A stretch of 64,000 nucleotides of DNA from an uncultured Candidatus Melainabacteria bacterium (GCA_945910425.1 CAMDYM010000001.1:1398-65397), one strand, 5' to 3'. Numbered from the stretch's first letter, positions 44,739 through 54,168 are shown. The notes: generated by a model not told the origin, from the letters alone. Made by a program: numbers and translations.

Positions 44739-45581
44739 ATGATAAATAAAAAATTCATCTTAAACGCCGATGATTTCGGACTAAGTAAGTACCACAATCA
44801 AGCGGTTTTGGAAGGTTATGTAAACGGATTTTTAACAAGTGCAAGTTTATGCGCTAACGGAGAAGCTTTTGACAGCGCAGTGCATGATGTTATACCCGAC
44901 TGTCCGAATCTAGGAATTGCTGTTCACCTAAATATCATGGAAGGGAAATCGTTAACTGAGTGCAATCTTTTAACAGATGGTAACGGAAACTTTAATAAAG
45001 GTTACGGCTATTTACTTTTAAACCGTAAAAATAAAGAGCTTCTTTCTCAAATTGAAACAGAATTTAGAGCTCAGATAGAAAAAGTTACAAATGCTGTACA
45101 AGTTGACCATTTGGATTCACATGTTCACACTCATGCAATCCCTGAAATCTTTGAAATCACTTGCAAGCTTGCAAAAGAATACGGGATAAAATATGTAAGA
45201 ACACAATTTGAAGAATTGTACTTTATACCAAAACTTGCAAAACACCTTAACATAAGTTATCCGATTAACTTAATAAAAATCGCATTATTACAATATTTCA
45301 CAAAAATTAACCGAAAAACACTTGATAAATATCAACTAAAAACAAACGATTTTATAATTGGAGTCGGCTATACAGGCATGATGGATTCTGATGCTATTGA
45401 ATACGGATTAAAAAACCTTGAAGAAGAATGTATCGCAGAAGCACTGATTCACCCTTGCAAATATGATAATTCAACAAAAAACTCTCACACAAAAGAATTT
45501 AGCATCACACAAAACAAAACCCTTCAAGATACAATAAACCGTCTTGGTTTTAAAATTACAAACTACAAAAATTTGGGATAA
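44739..45581 (+). CDS. YdjC/ChbG/HpnK-family carbohydrate deacetylase
   Basis: FILNADDFGLSKYHNQAVLEGYVNGFLTSASL, GIAVHLN, VDHLDSHVHTHAIP. 280 aa. Confidence 0.8.
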   Translation: MINKKFILNADDFGLSKYHNQAVLEGYVNGFLTSASLCANGEAFDSAVHDVIPDCPNLGIAVHLNIMEGKSLTECNLLTDGNGNFNKGYGYLLLNRKNKELLSQIETEFRAQIEKVTNAVQVDHLDSHVHTHAIPEIFEITCKLAKEYGIKYVRTQFEELYFIPKLAKHLNISYPINLIKIALLQYFTKINRKTLDKYQLKTNDFIIGVGYTGMMDSDAIEYGLKNLEEECIAEALIHPCKYDNSTKNSHTKEFSITQNKTLQDTINRLGFKITNYKNLG

Positions 45582-47374
45582 TGAAAAAACACATAACGTC
45601 AATTTTTCTAATAATATTATTTATATTTTTCTGTGTATTTATAACAATAAACGGAAAATCAAAAACTGTTTTAGATGTAATTACACCTGATAAAATTAAA
45701 ATAGACACAAAAGACGGTAATGAAATAATATGTATTGAAAATGTCGAAGCGTTTTCCTTAGAACCTACAGAAGAATTTTTTAACAAATACTCCAAAGAAC
45801 TTTCACTAAGCAAAGCCGATATGATTTCGCTTGGATATCTTGCGCAGGAATACGCACAGAAAACTCTTCAGAACCAAAATATTAGTTTAAATTTATCAGG
45901 TAAAGTTACAAGTGAATGTGACTTTGGAACAATAAAATTAAACGGTATTGATTATAAAAATCTTATAAATAACAGCGGATTCGGACTAAAAAACAACAAA
46001 CCCGCTAATCTTGACAAGTTTAATAAGAATCTGGGAAATGCAAGAAAACTTCATCTTGTAATACTTAACCACCACTCAAACAAATATCATACACTTAATT
46101 GCCCGTATGGTAACTCGGCACATGATAGTATTATTATCCCTCAAAAACAGCTTCCGAAAAACGCAAAGCCTTGTAAATTCTGCCATCAACAAAAGCCTAA
46201 GAAATTTAGACACAAAAAAGATATAGATATAGTAAAACTTCCTCAAATTCCGCAGCCGCCATTAGTTTTATCTGACGGAAATATAAAAATACTGTACACA
46301 GATTTTACAAAACAATTAAAACCGAATAACTTATGTCAGGCAAATGTTTGTAAAGAACTTGTCAACACAATAAACTCGGCGCAAAGCACACTTGATATTG
46401 CAATCTACGGATATCAGGAAGTTCCCGCAATAACGATTGCCTTAACTAAGGCAAAAGCCAGAGGAGTAAAGATAAGACTTGTTTATGACAAATCTTTTGA
46501 TACAATAAGGGATTACTATAAAAATAACGATATCATAATAAATCTTGCCACAAATCATATATCCGATAAAACCGAAAACCAAACCTCAAGTAATATGATT
46601 ATGCACAATAAATTCTTAATCGTAGATAATAAAAAGGTTTTCACAGGTTCTATGAATATCTCACCGACAGGTCTGTCAGGATATGACGTTAATGATGTTG
46701 TGATTATTAATTCTAAAGAAATTGCACAACTTTACACAAAAGAATTTGAACAAATGCTTAACGGCAAATTTCATAAACAAAAAGAGAAACTAAACCTTCC
46801 AAATAAATTTATACTCGGCTCAAGCGAGGTTGAAATTTACTTTTCACCAAAAGACAAAACCGCCTCAAGAATTACACAAATTTTACATAACGCCAAAAAT
46901 TATATTTATATCCCTGCGTTTTTAATAACACATAAAGATATCGCAAACGAATTGATATTGGCAAAACAAAGAGGAATTGATGTCAGGGTAATAATTGATG
47001 CAAACAGCACAAATACAAGAAATTCAAAACACGTGATTTTGCGCCAAAACGGAATACTTTTAAAAACTGAAAACTATGCAGGAAAACTTCATTCAAAAAC
47101 AATGATAATTGATGATGAATACTTAATTATCGGTTCAATGAACTTATCAAACAGCGGAGAAAAGAAAAACGATGAAAATACCGTAATTATTAAAAACGCG
47201 AAACTTACTAAAGCTCACAAAGACTTTTTCTTATATTTATGGACATTGATACCGAATAAATACTTAAAACAAAACGCCCATGCTGAAGGTCCCGACTCAA
47301 TCGGTTCATGTTCTGATGGAGTTGATAATAATTTTAACGGGAAAATTGACAAACAAGAACCCGCATGCCATTAA
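45581..47374 (+). CDS. Membrane-anchored phospholipase D-family protein (two HKD motifs) with N-terminal SNase-like/Cys-His module
   Basis: TM anchor ITSIFLIILFIFFCVFITI. YHTLNCPYG...PCKFCH. HKD motifs HNKFLIVDNKKVFTGSMNIS and HSKTMIIDDEYLIIGSMNLSNSGEKKNDEN. The start overlaps the ydjC-like stop (ATAATG). Confidence 0.75.
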   Translation: MKKHITSIFLIILFIFFCVFITINGKSKTVLDVITPDKIKIDTKDGNEIICIENVEAFSLEPTEEFFNKYSKELSLSKADMISLGYLAQEYAQKTLQNQNISLNLSGKVTSECDFGTIKLNGIDYKNLINNSGFGLKNNKPANLDKFNKNLGNARKLHLVILNHHSNKYHTLNCPYGNSAHDSIIIPQKQLPKNAKPCKFCHQQKPKKFRHKKDIDIVKLPQIPQPPLVLSDGNIKILYTDFTKQLKPNNLCQANVCKELVNTINSAQSTLDIAIYGYQEVPAITIALTKAKARGVKIRLVYDKSFDTIRDYYKNNDIIINLATNHISDKTENQTSSNMIMHNKFLIVDNKKVFTGSMNISPTGLSGYDVNDVVIINSKEIAQLYTKEFEQMLNGKFHKQKEKLNLPNKFILGSSEVEIYFSPKDKTASRITQILHNAKNYIYIPAFLITHKDIANELILAKQRGIDVRVIIDANSTNTRNSKHVILRQNGILLKTENYAGKLHSKTMIIDDEYLIIGSMNLSNSGEKKNDENTVIIKNAKLTKAHKDFFLYLWTLIPNKYLKQNAHAEGPDSIGSCSDGVDNNFNGKIDKQEPACH

Positions 47375-47375
47375 A

Positions 47376-47457
47376 TCGGGATAACACCAAGTCGAAGAGT
47401 GTTTACCCGGCAAAGTGCAAGGCAGTTAGTAGCATAATACCTCGTGCGGCCGAGCAC
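47376..47457 (-). repeat. GC-rich structured element, copy B (conserved core 47422-47457), abutting the argS stop codon
   Basis: Minus strand directly after the argS TAA reads GTGCTCGGCCGCACGAGGTATTATGCTACTAACTGC, followed by a second hairpin CGGGTAAACAC-N11-GTGTTATCCCG. Homologous to copy A after ftsZ. Confidence 0.5.
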
Positions 47458-49191
47458 TTACATTTTTTCAGGTGCTGAAACAGCCAATATAGCAAGCGCA
47501 TTAGCCAATACCTGTTTAAACGCATAAACAAGTGCTAATCTTGATTTTGTCAATTCTAAATCGTCTGTAATAACCCTTGTTGAGTTATAGAATGAATGAA
47601 ACTCAGAAGCAAGCTCTTGAACATAACGGCAGATTGTATACACCTGACGGGATTTAGCAGACATTTCAATCATAGATTTAAACTCTTCAAGTTTTAATAT
47701 AAGTTTTCTGGCGTCTTTAACAGATAAGTTGATAAGATTTTTATCAAAATTTGTCGTAAGCTGTACAAACTCATCACCTGTCAAAATAGCAGGAATAGTT
47801 TTGCCTGTTTCAGTGTCAACCTTATCCTGAGTTGCGTTTCTTATAATAGAACAAGCTCTGGCATGAGCATATTGAACGTAAAATACAGGATTTTCATCAG
47901 ATTTTGTTTTGGCTAGTTCAATATCAAAATCAAGTGTTGTGTCAATATTTCTCATAGACATCCAAAATCTGGTAGCGTCAACACCGACTTCTTCAATCAA
48001 GTCTTCTAACGTAACCATATTTTTACGTTTACCCATACGGACTTCGTTACCGTTGATTACAAGGTTAACAAGCTGTCCAAGAAGTATTTCCAATTTTGAA
48101 GAGTCATAACCTAAAGCTTCCAAAGAGGCTTTAACTCTGGCAACATAACCATGGTGGTCTGCTCCCCAGATGTTAATCATTCTGTCAAATCCGCGTTCCA
48201 ATTTATCAACGTGATATGCAATATCCGCGGTTAAGTATGTATTTGACCCGTCAGCTTTTTTAATTACACGGTCTTGATCATCACCATAATCTGAGGATTT
48301 GAACCAGTCCGCGCCTTCTTTTTGATAAATTTTACCGCTATTTTTAAGTTTTTGAACACATTCATCAACCTTGCCTGATTTATGCAAAGTCAATTCAGAA
48401 TAGAATTTATCGAATTTAACTCTAAAATTATCAAGCAAATCGCGTTGAACTTTTTCTTCATAATCTTTTGCAAAATCACAATAAACTTGAAGTTCAATAT
48501 TATCAACATCTTCCACTGTTTTTAATAAGGAATGCTCCGCCAAGAAAGCTTTAGCAACAGGTATTAAATAATCACCCGGATAGTAATTTTTTCTTTCAAG
48601 TTCATCTTCAGGGAAATCAATATTAACACCAAGTTCCTGTTTAACTCTTATTACAAGAGAGCGTCCGAGTTTTTGAATTTGAGAACCCGCATCATTTATA
48701 TAAAATTCTTGGAAAACATCATGTCCATAAAACTTCAAAAGATTAGCCAAAGCACTTCCCATAGCAGCCCAACGACCGTGTCCGATATGGAAAGGACCTG
48801 TAGGGTTTGCGGAAATATATTCTAAAATTATCCTTTCTTTTTCAATATTTTCAGGGCGTCCGAAATTTTCTTTTTTTGAATAAACTTCATCTATTAAATC
48901 AACAAGAAGCGAATCTCCTGCCTTAAAGTTAATAAATCCGCCGATAACAGAATATTCACAATCATCTTTTTCAACAAATTCAACAATAGCATTTGCAATC
49001 ATCGGAGGTGCAATTTTAGCACTGCGAGCCAATGATGATACGTTTATTGCAAAATCTCCAAAATCAGGATTTTTAGGTTTTTCAACAGGTAACGAACCTT
49101 TTGTATATTCGCTCATTTGTCCCAATTTACCTGCATCAACTGCCTTAACTATCGCATCTTCAATTTTATTCAAAAAATAATCTCTTAACAT
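47458..49191 (-). CDS. argS: Arginine--tRNA ligase
   Basis: SANPTGPFHIGHGR (HIGH region), the GADHHGY block, a C-terminal DALR anticodon-binding region (FYVQYAHAR). 577 aa. AGAGGT RBS. Confidence 0.93.
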   Translation of the reverse strand: MLRDYFLNKIEDAIVKAVDAGKLGQMSEYTKGSLPVEKPKNPDFGDFAINVSSLARSAKIAPPMIANAIVEFVEKDDCEYSVIGGFINFKAGDSLLVDLIDEVYSKKENFGRPENIEKERIILEYISANPTGPFHIGHGRWAAMGSALANLLKFYGHDVFQEFYINDAGSQIQKLGRSLVIRVKQELGVNIDFPEDELERKNYYPGDYLIPVAKAFLAEHSLLKTVEDVDNIELQVYCDFAKDYEEKVQRDLLDNFRVKFDKFYSELTLHKSGKVDECVQKLKNSGKIYQKEGADWFKSSDYGDDQDRVIKKADGSNTYLTADIAYHVDKLERGFDRMINIWGADHHGYVARVKASLEALGYDSSKLEILLGQLVNLVINGNEVRMGKRKNMVTLEDLIEEVGVDATRFWMSMRNIDTTLDFDIELAKTKSDENPVFYVQYAHARACSIIRNATQDKVDTETGKTIPAILTGDEFVQLTTNFDKNLINLSVKDARKLILKLEEFKSMIEMSAKSRQVYTICRYVQELASEFHSFYNSTRVITDDLELTKSRLALVYAFKQVLANALAILAVSAPEKM

Positions 49192-49233
49192 ACTGACCTC
49201 TTATTTATATTTCACATAAGATAATTATATAAT

Positions 49234-49262
49234 AAAAAGGGGGAAATTAAATCCCCCTTTTT
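49234..49262 (-). terminator. Rho-independent terminator between the phosphohexomutase-like gene and argS
   Basis: AAAAAGGGGGA-AATTAA-ATCCCCCTTTTT. Confidence 0.7.
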
Positions 49263-49265
49263 AAA

Positions 49266-51545
49266 TTAAAACTCATATTCAGGAATCACAAACGGTTCAT
49301 TATTTGCATCCTTATCAACAAATGCCAGATAATAATCCATAGCATCAGACTTACAATTGTCATAATCCGATTCTGAGATAAGTTCTTTATGCAAAGTCGT
49401 TCTTTCGCCCGAATAATTACCTAAAATTCCGGCGTATTTTTCGATTTCCTCTTTATTTAACCCGCCGCCGTAAGCTTTTGTTTTCGCATCAGTGCCTGAT
49501 GGGCGGATTTCAATATACTTATCATCAAATTCAAGATAAGTTCCGTCGCCGACAAATTTTATCGATTTCAAGTTATCAAAATTAAGTCCGTCAATTGAGA
49601 ATCTGTCATTTAGTATACACTTAATATCGCCTAACGAAATTTTACCCTTGCGTTTTGCAATAGCCATTGACAGATAAAACATATCATTTTTGGTTCTTAA
49701 TACTTCACCTTCAACCTTGGCAAGCTTCAATTTATTAATATCCGGTTCAGATTCATTGTAATAAGCAATATCTACACGGGTATCAAAACGACCGATAATA
49801 TTATTTGAATTAAAAACTTCATCCAAGTATTGAGATAAATAAGTATTATCCTCAGCAAGTTTTGCAATTAAAGCTGAAGCAACAACAATAGCCTCTGTTG
49901 CACTTTTTTCCCTCATCGCAACAGCAAACCTGCCATGCTGAGATTTTATCAATTCTTCGGTACCCATAATCATTCCGCCTGATTCTTCCCCGCCAAATAA
50001 CAAACGAGGGTTCACGCCGAGATTTATAGGGGTTCCAAAAACATCATCAACAACTACTTCTTCATTTGGAGAGTTTTTAAGTTTTAACTCAACTTTTTTC
50101 ATAATATTTGCAATTTCTTTAAATCCGACAGGAACATTAACGACTTTCACATCATTTTTTGACGCCCACTCATCCCAAGATAGAGCAGAAGCCGTTGTTT
50201 TTATCATAAATCTCGGGTGATTTAACCAGAGATTTTCGGATTTTAACTGTTTTGCCCAAAAATCCATAAGCATTAAAAATGCCTGATTTGCTGTAAATAC
50301 AGTAAGAACTCTGTCATTATCAAGCTCGATATAATCAACTCCGAGCTTTCTAAGTTCAGGAATACGTTCAGCAGGTTCTGTTTGAGCAACGGTTAACCTG
50401 TCATGATCAGGATCTGTTATTAAAACAGCCGTTCCGACAGGGAAACTTTTTAGTTTTTCATCATAATGCAATGTATCAATTACAGGGAAAAACTTTGTTC
50501 CATCAGCTTTTTTAGCAAGAACTGTCGCATCAACAGAATAGTCATAAAATGCTTTTTCACCCTTTGGCGTAACATCATATTTACCGATAGAATGGAAAAA
50601 CGGGTCTTCTTCAATGTTAAACCAAACAAATTTATCTGAAATTCCTAACTTATCTAAAACTCTTGATAAAGTTCTGTAAGCAGAACCGCCTACATTTTCA
50701 ATAACAATCTTAGAGTCAAAAGACTTGATTAAATCTAAATTAACATCTTTTGCAACCCCTGATTTTAAGTATTCAACATACAAATCAACCCCGTCATTTA
50801 GATTTTTCATTGCTGTTTGGTTAATTAAAGGATTATCAACAGACGATATCTTAATTTCGTAAGAACCTTTTTCGTTAACTTCATCAAAAATTTGACGAAT
50901 TTTATTAACAAATTCCATAGATTCCTCAGGTAAATACTGGCTTCCTTGAGAGTTTAAGTCTTTTGTCGCGTTTTTAACAGAAATTCCATGACTTGAAGTT
51001 ATGTACTCGCCACCCAATAAATCCAATTTAAACGCCAAAAACGACGCAAGCCAAATCGGAATAGTTTGTTTGTTTTCAGGAACCAAAGTTTCAATCCCGT
51101 TAGCCGCTTGAATACGTGCTATAGCATCCAAAAACAGTTTTGAATTATATCGAACTTCACATCCTGCAACTTTTACAATGCGACTATTTGAATATTTTTC
51201 ATTGGCAACAAGAGCTTTTGCTAAAGTAGCAAGAACAATTCCGACTAAATTTATCGGGAACCTTGTATCTTGCGGATATAAAATATTTTGAGGACCTCTA
51301 ATACCTGCTGTTGATACTTTTGCTTCTTTTGCGTAATTTGCAAACCAATCTTCAAGATTCAAACCTTCAGGATTCGAAAATTCATCATAAGGTTTTAAGT
51401 GTTCTTTTTTTAATATAAAAGAAAACTCACCCTTATTATCAAAATTCATCAACTCAAGATTTTTTACATAATCAGGAGTCTTCTCGTAAACACTTTTAAA
51501 TAATTCATTTTCTAAAGCTGTATCAGATACTTTTAATGCAGTCAT
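49266..51545 (-). CDS. Atypical long alpha-D-phosphohexomutase superfamily protein (759 aa)
   Basis: Metal loop TDPDHDRL, sugar loop GGEESGGMIMG, phosphate loop RPSGTDAKTKAY. The phosphoserine loop reads ITSSHGIS rather than the canonical T(A/S)SHNP. GGAGGG RBS. Confidence 0.65.
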   Translation of the reverse strand: MTALKVSDTALENELFKSVYEKTPDYVKNLELMNFDNKGEFSFILKKEHLKPYDEFSNPEGLNLEDWFANYAKEAKVSTAGIRGPQNILYPQDTRFPINLVGIVLATLAKALVANEKYSNSRIVKVAGCEVRYNSKLFLDAIARIQAANGIETLVPENKQTIPIWLASFLAFKLDLLGGEYITSSHGISVKNATKDLNSQGSQYLPEESMEFVNKIRQIFDEVNEKGSYEIKISSVDNPLINQTAMKNLNDGVDLYVEYLKSGVAKDVNLDLIKSFDSKIVIENVGGSAYRTLSRVLDKLGISDKFVWFNIEEDPFFHSIGKYDVTPKGEKAFYDYSVDATVLAKKADGTKFFPVIDTLHYDEKLKSFPVGTAVLITDPDHDRLTVAQTEPAERIPELRKLGVDYIELDNDRVLTVFTANQAFLMLMDFWAKQLKSENLWLNHPRFMIKTTASALSWDEWASKNDVKVVNVPVGFKEIANIMKKVELKLKNSPNEEVVVDDVFGTPINLGVNPRLLFGGEESGGMIMGTEELIKSQHGRFAVAMREKSATEAIVVASALIAKLAEDNTYLSQYLDEVFNSNNIIGRFDTRVDIAYYNESEPDINKLKLAKVEGEVLRTKNDMFYLSMAIAKRKGKISLGDIKCILNDRFSIDGLNFDNLKSIKFVGDGTYLEFDDKYIEIRPSGTDAKTKAYGGGLNKEEIEKYAGILGNYSGERTTLHKELISESDYDNCKSDAMDYYLAFVDKDANNEPFVIPEYEF

Positions 51546-51652
51546 AAATCCCTCCCTATTTTTATTCTAATAATACAATAAAAAATAATTAATAAATAGC
51601 CCTATTAATATTTTTATGTATAATAATAAATAACAGATATTGGAGAGCACTT

Positions 51653-52333
51653 ATGACAAAACAAAAGAAACAGTATTCGGTAAGAAAAGCCTCTCAATTT
51701 AATAATTGGAGAAGATTGTTCCAATTTTTAGTTTGCAAAATCGGCTATATGGTAAGACTGAAATTGGTTTATAGAATAGAAATAAACGGACTTGAAAATG
51801 TTCCGAAAGATAATAATTACATAGTTTGTCCAAACCACTTGTCAACACTTGACCCTCCGTTAATGGTAGCGGTTATGCCAAGAAGTGTTGCGTTTATGGC
51901 AAAAAAAGAGCTTTTTGATATTCCGTTTTTACGCTGGTGGATTGACTGGCTCGGAGCATTTGCCGTAAACAGAGAAAGTTTAGGACCTTCAACAATAAAA
52001 ACTGTTCAGCAAATCAAAGACAGCAACTGGGTTTTAGGAATGTTTCCTCAAGGAACAAGAGGAGTCCCGGGAGAAATTAAAGGTATTACAAAAGGCTTTG
52101 CAGGATTGGCTAAACTTACTAAATGTAATATTTTACCTGTCGGAATTATTGGAACAAACGAAGTAAAAAGATTACCGTTCACCGGGAAAATTATTGTAAA
52201 TATAGGGAAAATCATCCCGTATGATAAAAACCCTGATGTAGTTAAAGATAAATGGATAGAAGAAATCCAAAAATTAACGGGATTTAAATATATTGAAGAA
52301 GATACTAAAACAACCGACGGAGGCGAAGAATAA
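51653..52333 (+). CDS. plsC: 1-acyl-sn-glycerol-3-phosphate acyltransferase
   Basis: HX4D motif CPNHLSTLDPP, FMAKKELF, MFPQGTR. GGAGAG RBS. Confidence 0.8.
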   Translation: MTKQKKQYSVRKASQFNNWRRLFQFLVCKIGYMVRLKLVYRIEINGLENVPKDNNYIVCPNHLSTLDPPLMVAVMPRSVAFMAKKELFDIPFLRWWIDWLGAFAVNRESLGPSTIKTVQQIKDSNWVLGMFPQGTRGVPGEIKGITKGFAGLAKLTKCNILPVGIIGTNEVKRLPFTGKIIVNIGKIIPYDKNPDVVKDKWIEEIQKLTGFKYIEEDTKTTDGGEE

Positions 52334-52334
52334 T

Positions 52335-53045
52335 ATGAGTGGAGCGAGGAACTTCAATCGGAGGTATGCAAGAGAATACAACATATTCAGAACAATGTTT
52401 TTTATGATATTTCTGTCTATAGTTGTTTATAACTTCTTTAACATTTTTTATGATTACAAAATTGTCGGACGCGAAAACCTTCCGACAAGAAAAAACAAAA
52501 ACGGTAAATATATATATGCCGCAAACCACGTATCAATATTTGATCCGCCTCTTGTTGCTCTGGCAGCATATAGACCAATAGCGTTTATGGCAAAAAAAGA
52601 ACTTTTTGAGCCGACAGAAAAACTAAGTTGGCTTGTTAAAAGATTGGGAGCCTTTGCTGTAGACCGTACAAAACCCGAAATTGCAACATTTAAAACCGTA
52701 AAAGATGTTGTAAGTACAAGTTGGTCACTGGGGATTTTCCCGCAAGGCGGCACAAGACCTTACGGTAAGCTTGAAGGAATAAGAAAAGGATTTGTTGCTA
52801 TTGCAAAATCCGCAAAATCCGATATTGTACCGATTGCTATTGCTGATTGGAACGGATACCCGAAATTAAAACCGTTTACTAGACGAAAAGTCACCGTAAA
52901 AATCGGTACTCCGATTTCTTACAACCTAAGCGAAGAAGAAATTGTTTATGAATGGTCAAGACAAATTTCGGAGCTTGCAGGGTATGAAAACTGTACTCCA
53001 AAACCTGAAACAATAGCAACACAAAAAGAAAAACAATTAGTATAA
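52335..53045 (+). CDS. Second lysophospholipid acyltransferase (PlsC family paralog)
   Basis: ANHVSIFDPP, FMAKKELF, IFPQGGTR. Start at ATG 52335, 1 nt after the upstream stop, with a GGAGG RBS. Confidence 0.75.
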   Translation: MSGARNFNRRYAREYNIFRTMFFMIFLSIVVYNFFNIFYDYKIVGRENLPTRKNKNGKYIYAANHVSIFDPPLVALAAYRPIAFMAKKELFEPTEKLSWLVKRLGAFAVDRTKPEIATFKTVKDVVSTSWSLGIFPQGGTRPYGKLEGIRKGFVAIAKSAKSDIVPIAIADWNGYPKLKPFTRRKVTVKIGTPISYNLSEEEIVYEWSRQISELAGYENCTPKPETIATQKEKQLV

Positions 53046-53050
53046 CAAAT

Positions 53051-53078
53051 AAAAGCCCCTTTTCAGGGGCTTTATTTT
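53051..53078. terminator. Bidirectional rho-independent terminator
   Basis: AAAAGCCCCT-TTTC-AGGGGCTTTATTTT between convergent genes. Confidence 0.75.
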
Positions 53079-53115
53079 ATTTAAAGAAAGGAATTTTATT
53101 CTTTATAAATCAAAC

Positions 53116-54168
53116 TTATTGAATTTGATCTAATTTATCAAGAGCGATTTTAGCTGCTTCTGCTACACCTTGGTCTGAGTCGTTTTGAGCGATTTTGAAG
53201 ACTGTAGTTAAGTCTTTTTTGTACGCAGGGTTTTGGATATAGCTTAAAGCTTCAATAGCTGATGCTCTTACAACCGGGTTAGGGTTGTCTTTTAAGGTAT
53301 CAACAGTTGTCATTGCGCCTGGTAATTCTGTTAGAGGAACTGTTGTATTTGTTAAGCGAGCTACTTCATCGCCGTATACTTTTTGTAATAGGGCAGATGT
53401 GAATAATGCATAGCTTTTATTTCTTTCAGCTTGTTCTTTTGGTGAGAATGTATCTGCTAATGCTTTATCTGCATCTGTTACATCTTTACCTGAAGCTACT
53501 TTTTCTCTTGCAGCAGCTTGTTCAGGAGTTACATCTTCAAGTTTTGAAGAGTCAAAGTTTACAATGTTTGTTAAAGCGTCAAACACTTTTGAATCAACTA
53601 ACTCTGTAGCTTTTTCAGGTGATTCGTTAACTAAATTTGCAATATCTTCCATACCTGCTGCTTGAACATCAAAATCCGGGTTAGCTAATTTAGCAATAAA
53701 AGAGTTCATATCAACTTGAGGAGCTACAGGTTCTGAGGGTACAACTTCAGGCTTTTTAGCTTCAGCAGGTGCTGTTTCCTGAGCAGGTTGTACTTCTTGA
53801 GCCGGTTGATTAGTTGTAGGTTCTGTTACTACAGGAGCCGGAACCGGTTGAGTTTGAGGTTGGGTTTCTACAACAGGAGGTTGTGGAATTGTAACCTGTG
53901 GAACTTGTTGAGGTGCATCTACAGGTGGAAATGATTGCGGCATTTGTACCGGCGGGTAATACACAGGAACTTGCGCTGTCGGATATGTATAAACCGGCAC
54001 TTGCGGATATGTATAGACAGGGAACTGCGGTGCACATGGAGTTCCTACTGTCGGATTGTTAATTTCAATGTTAACTGCATTATTCTTCGGCTGTGGAACC
54101 GGCATTACTTGTGTCTGTTGTTGTACCATATAAGGGTTTGTCATTGGTACTACTGGAATTTGATTCAT
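53116..54168 (-). CDS. Pro/Gln/Val-rich protein with C-terminal HEAT-like repeats
   Basis: N-terminal 150 aa are low complexity, with QFPVYTYPQVPVYTYPTAQVPVYYPP repeats. The C-terminal half is helical, with HEAT-like NPVVRASAIEALSYIQNP and DSDQGVAEAAKIALDKL. AAAGGAAA RBS. Confidence 0.5.
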   Translation of the reverse strand: MNQIPVVPMTNPYMVQQQTQVMPVPQPKNNAVNIEINNPTVGTPCAPQFPVYTYPQVPVYTYPTAQVPVYYPPVQMPQSFPPVDAPQQVPQVTIPQPPVVETQPQTQPVPAPVVTEPTTNQPAQEVQPAQETAPAEAKKPEVVPSEPVAPQVDMNSFIAKLANPDFDVQAAGMEDIANLVNESPEKATELVDSKVFDALTNIVNFDSSKLEDVTPEQAAAREKVASGKDVTDADKALADTFSPKEQAERNKSYALFTSALLQKVYGDEVARLTNTTVPLTELPGAMTTVDTLKDNPNPVVRASAIEALSYIQNPAYKKDLTTVFKIAQNDSDQGVAEAAKIALDKLDQIQ

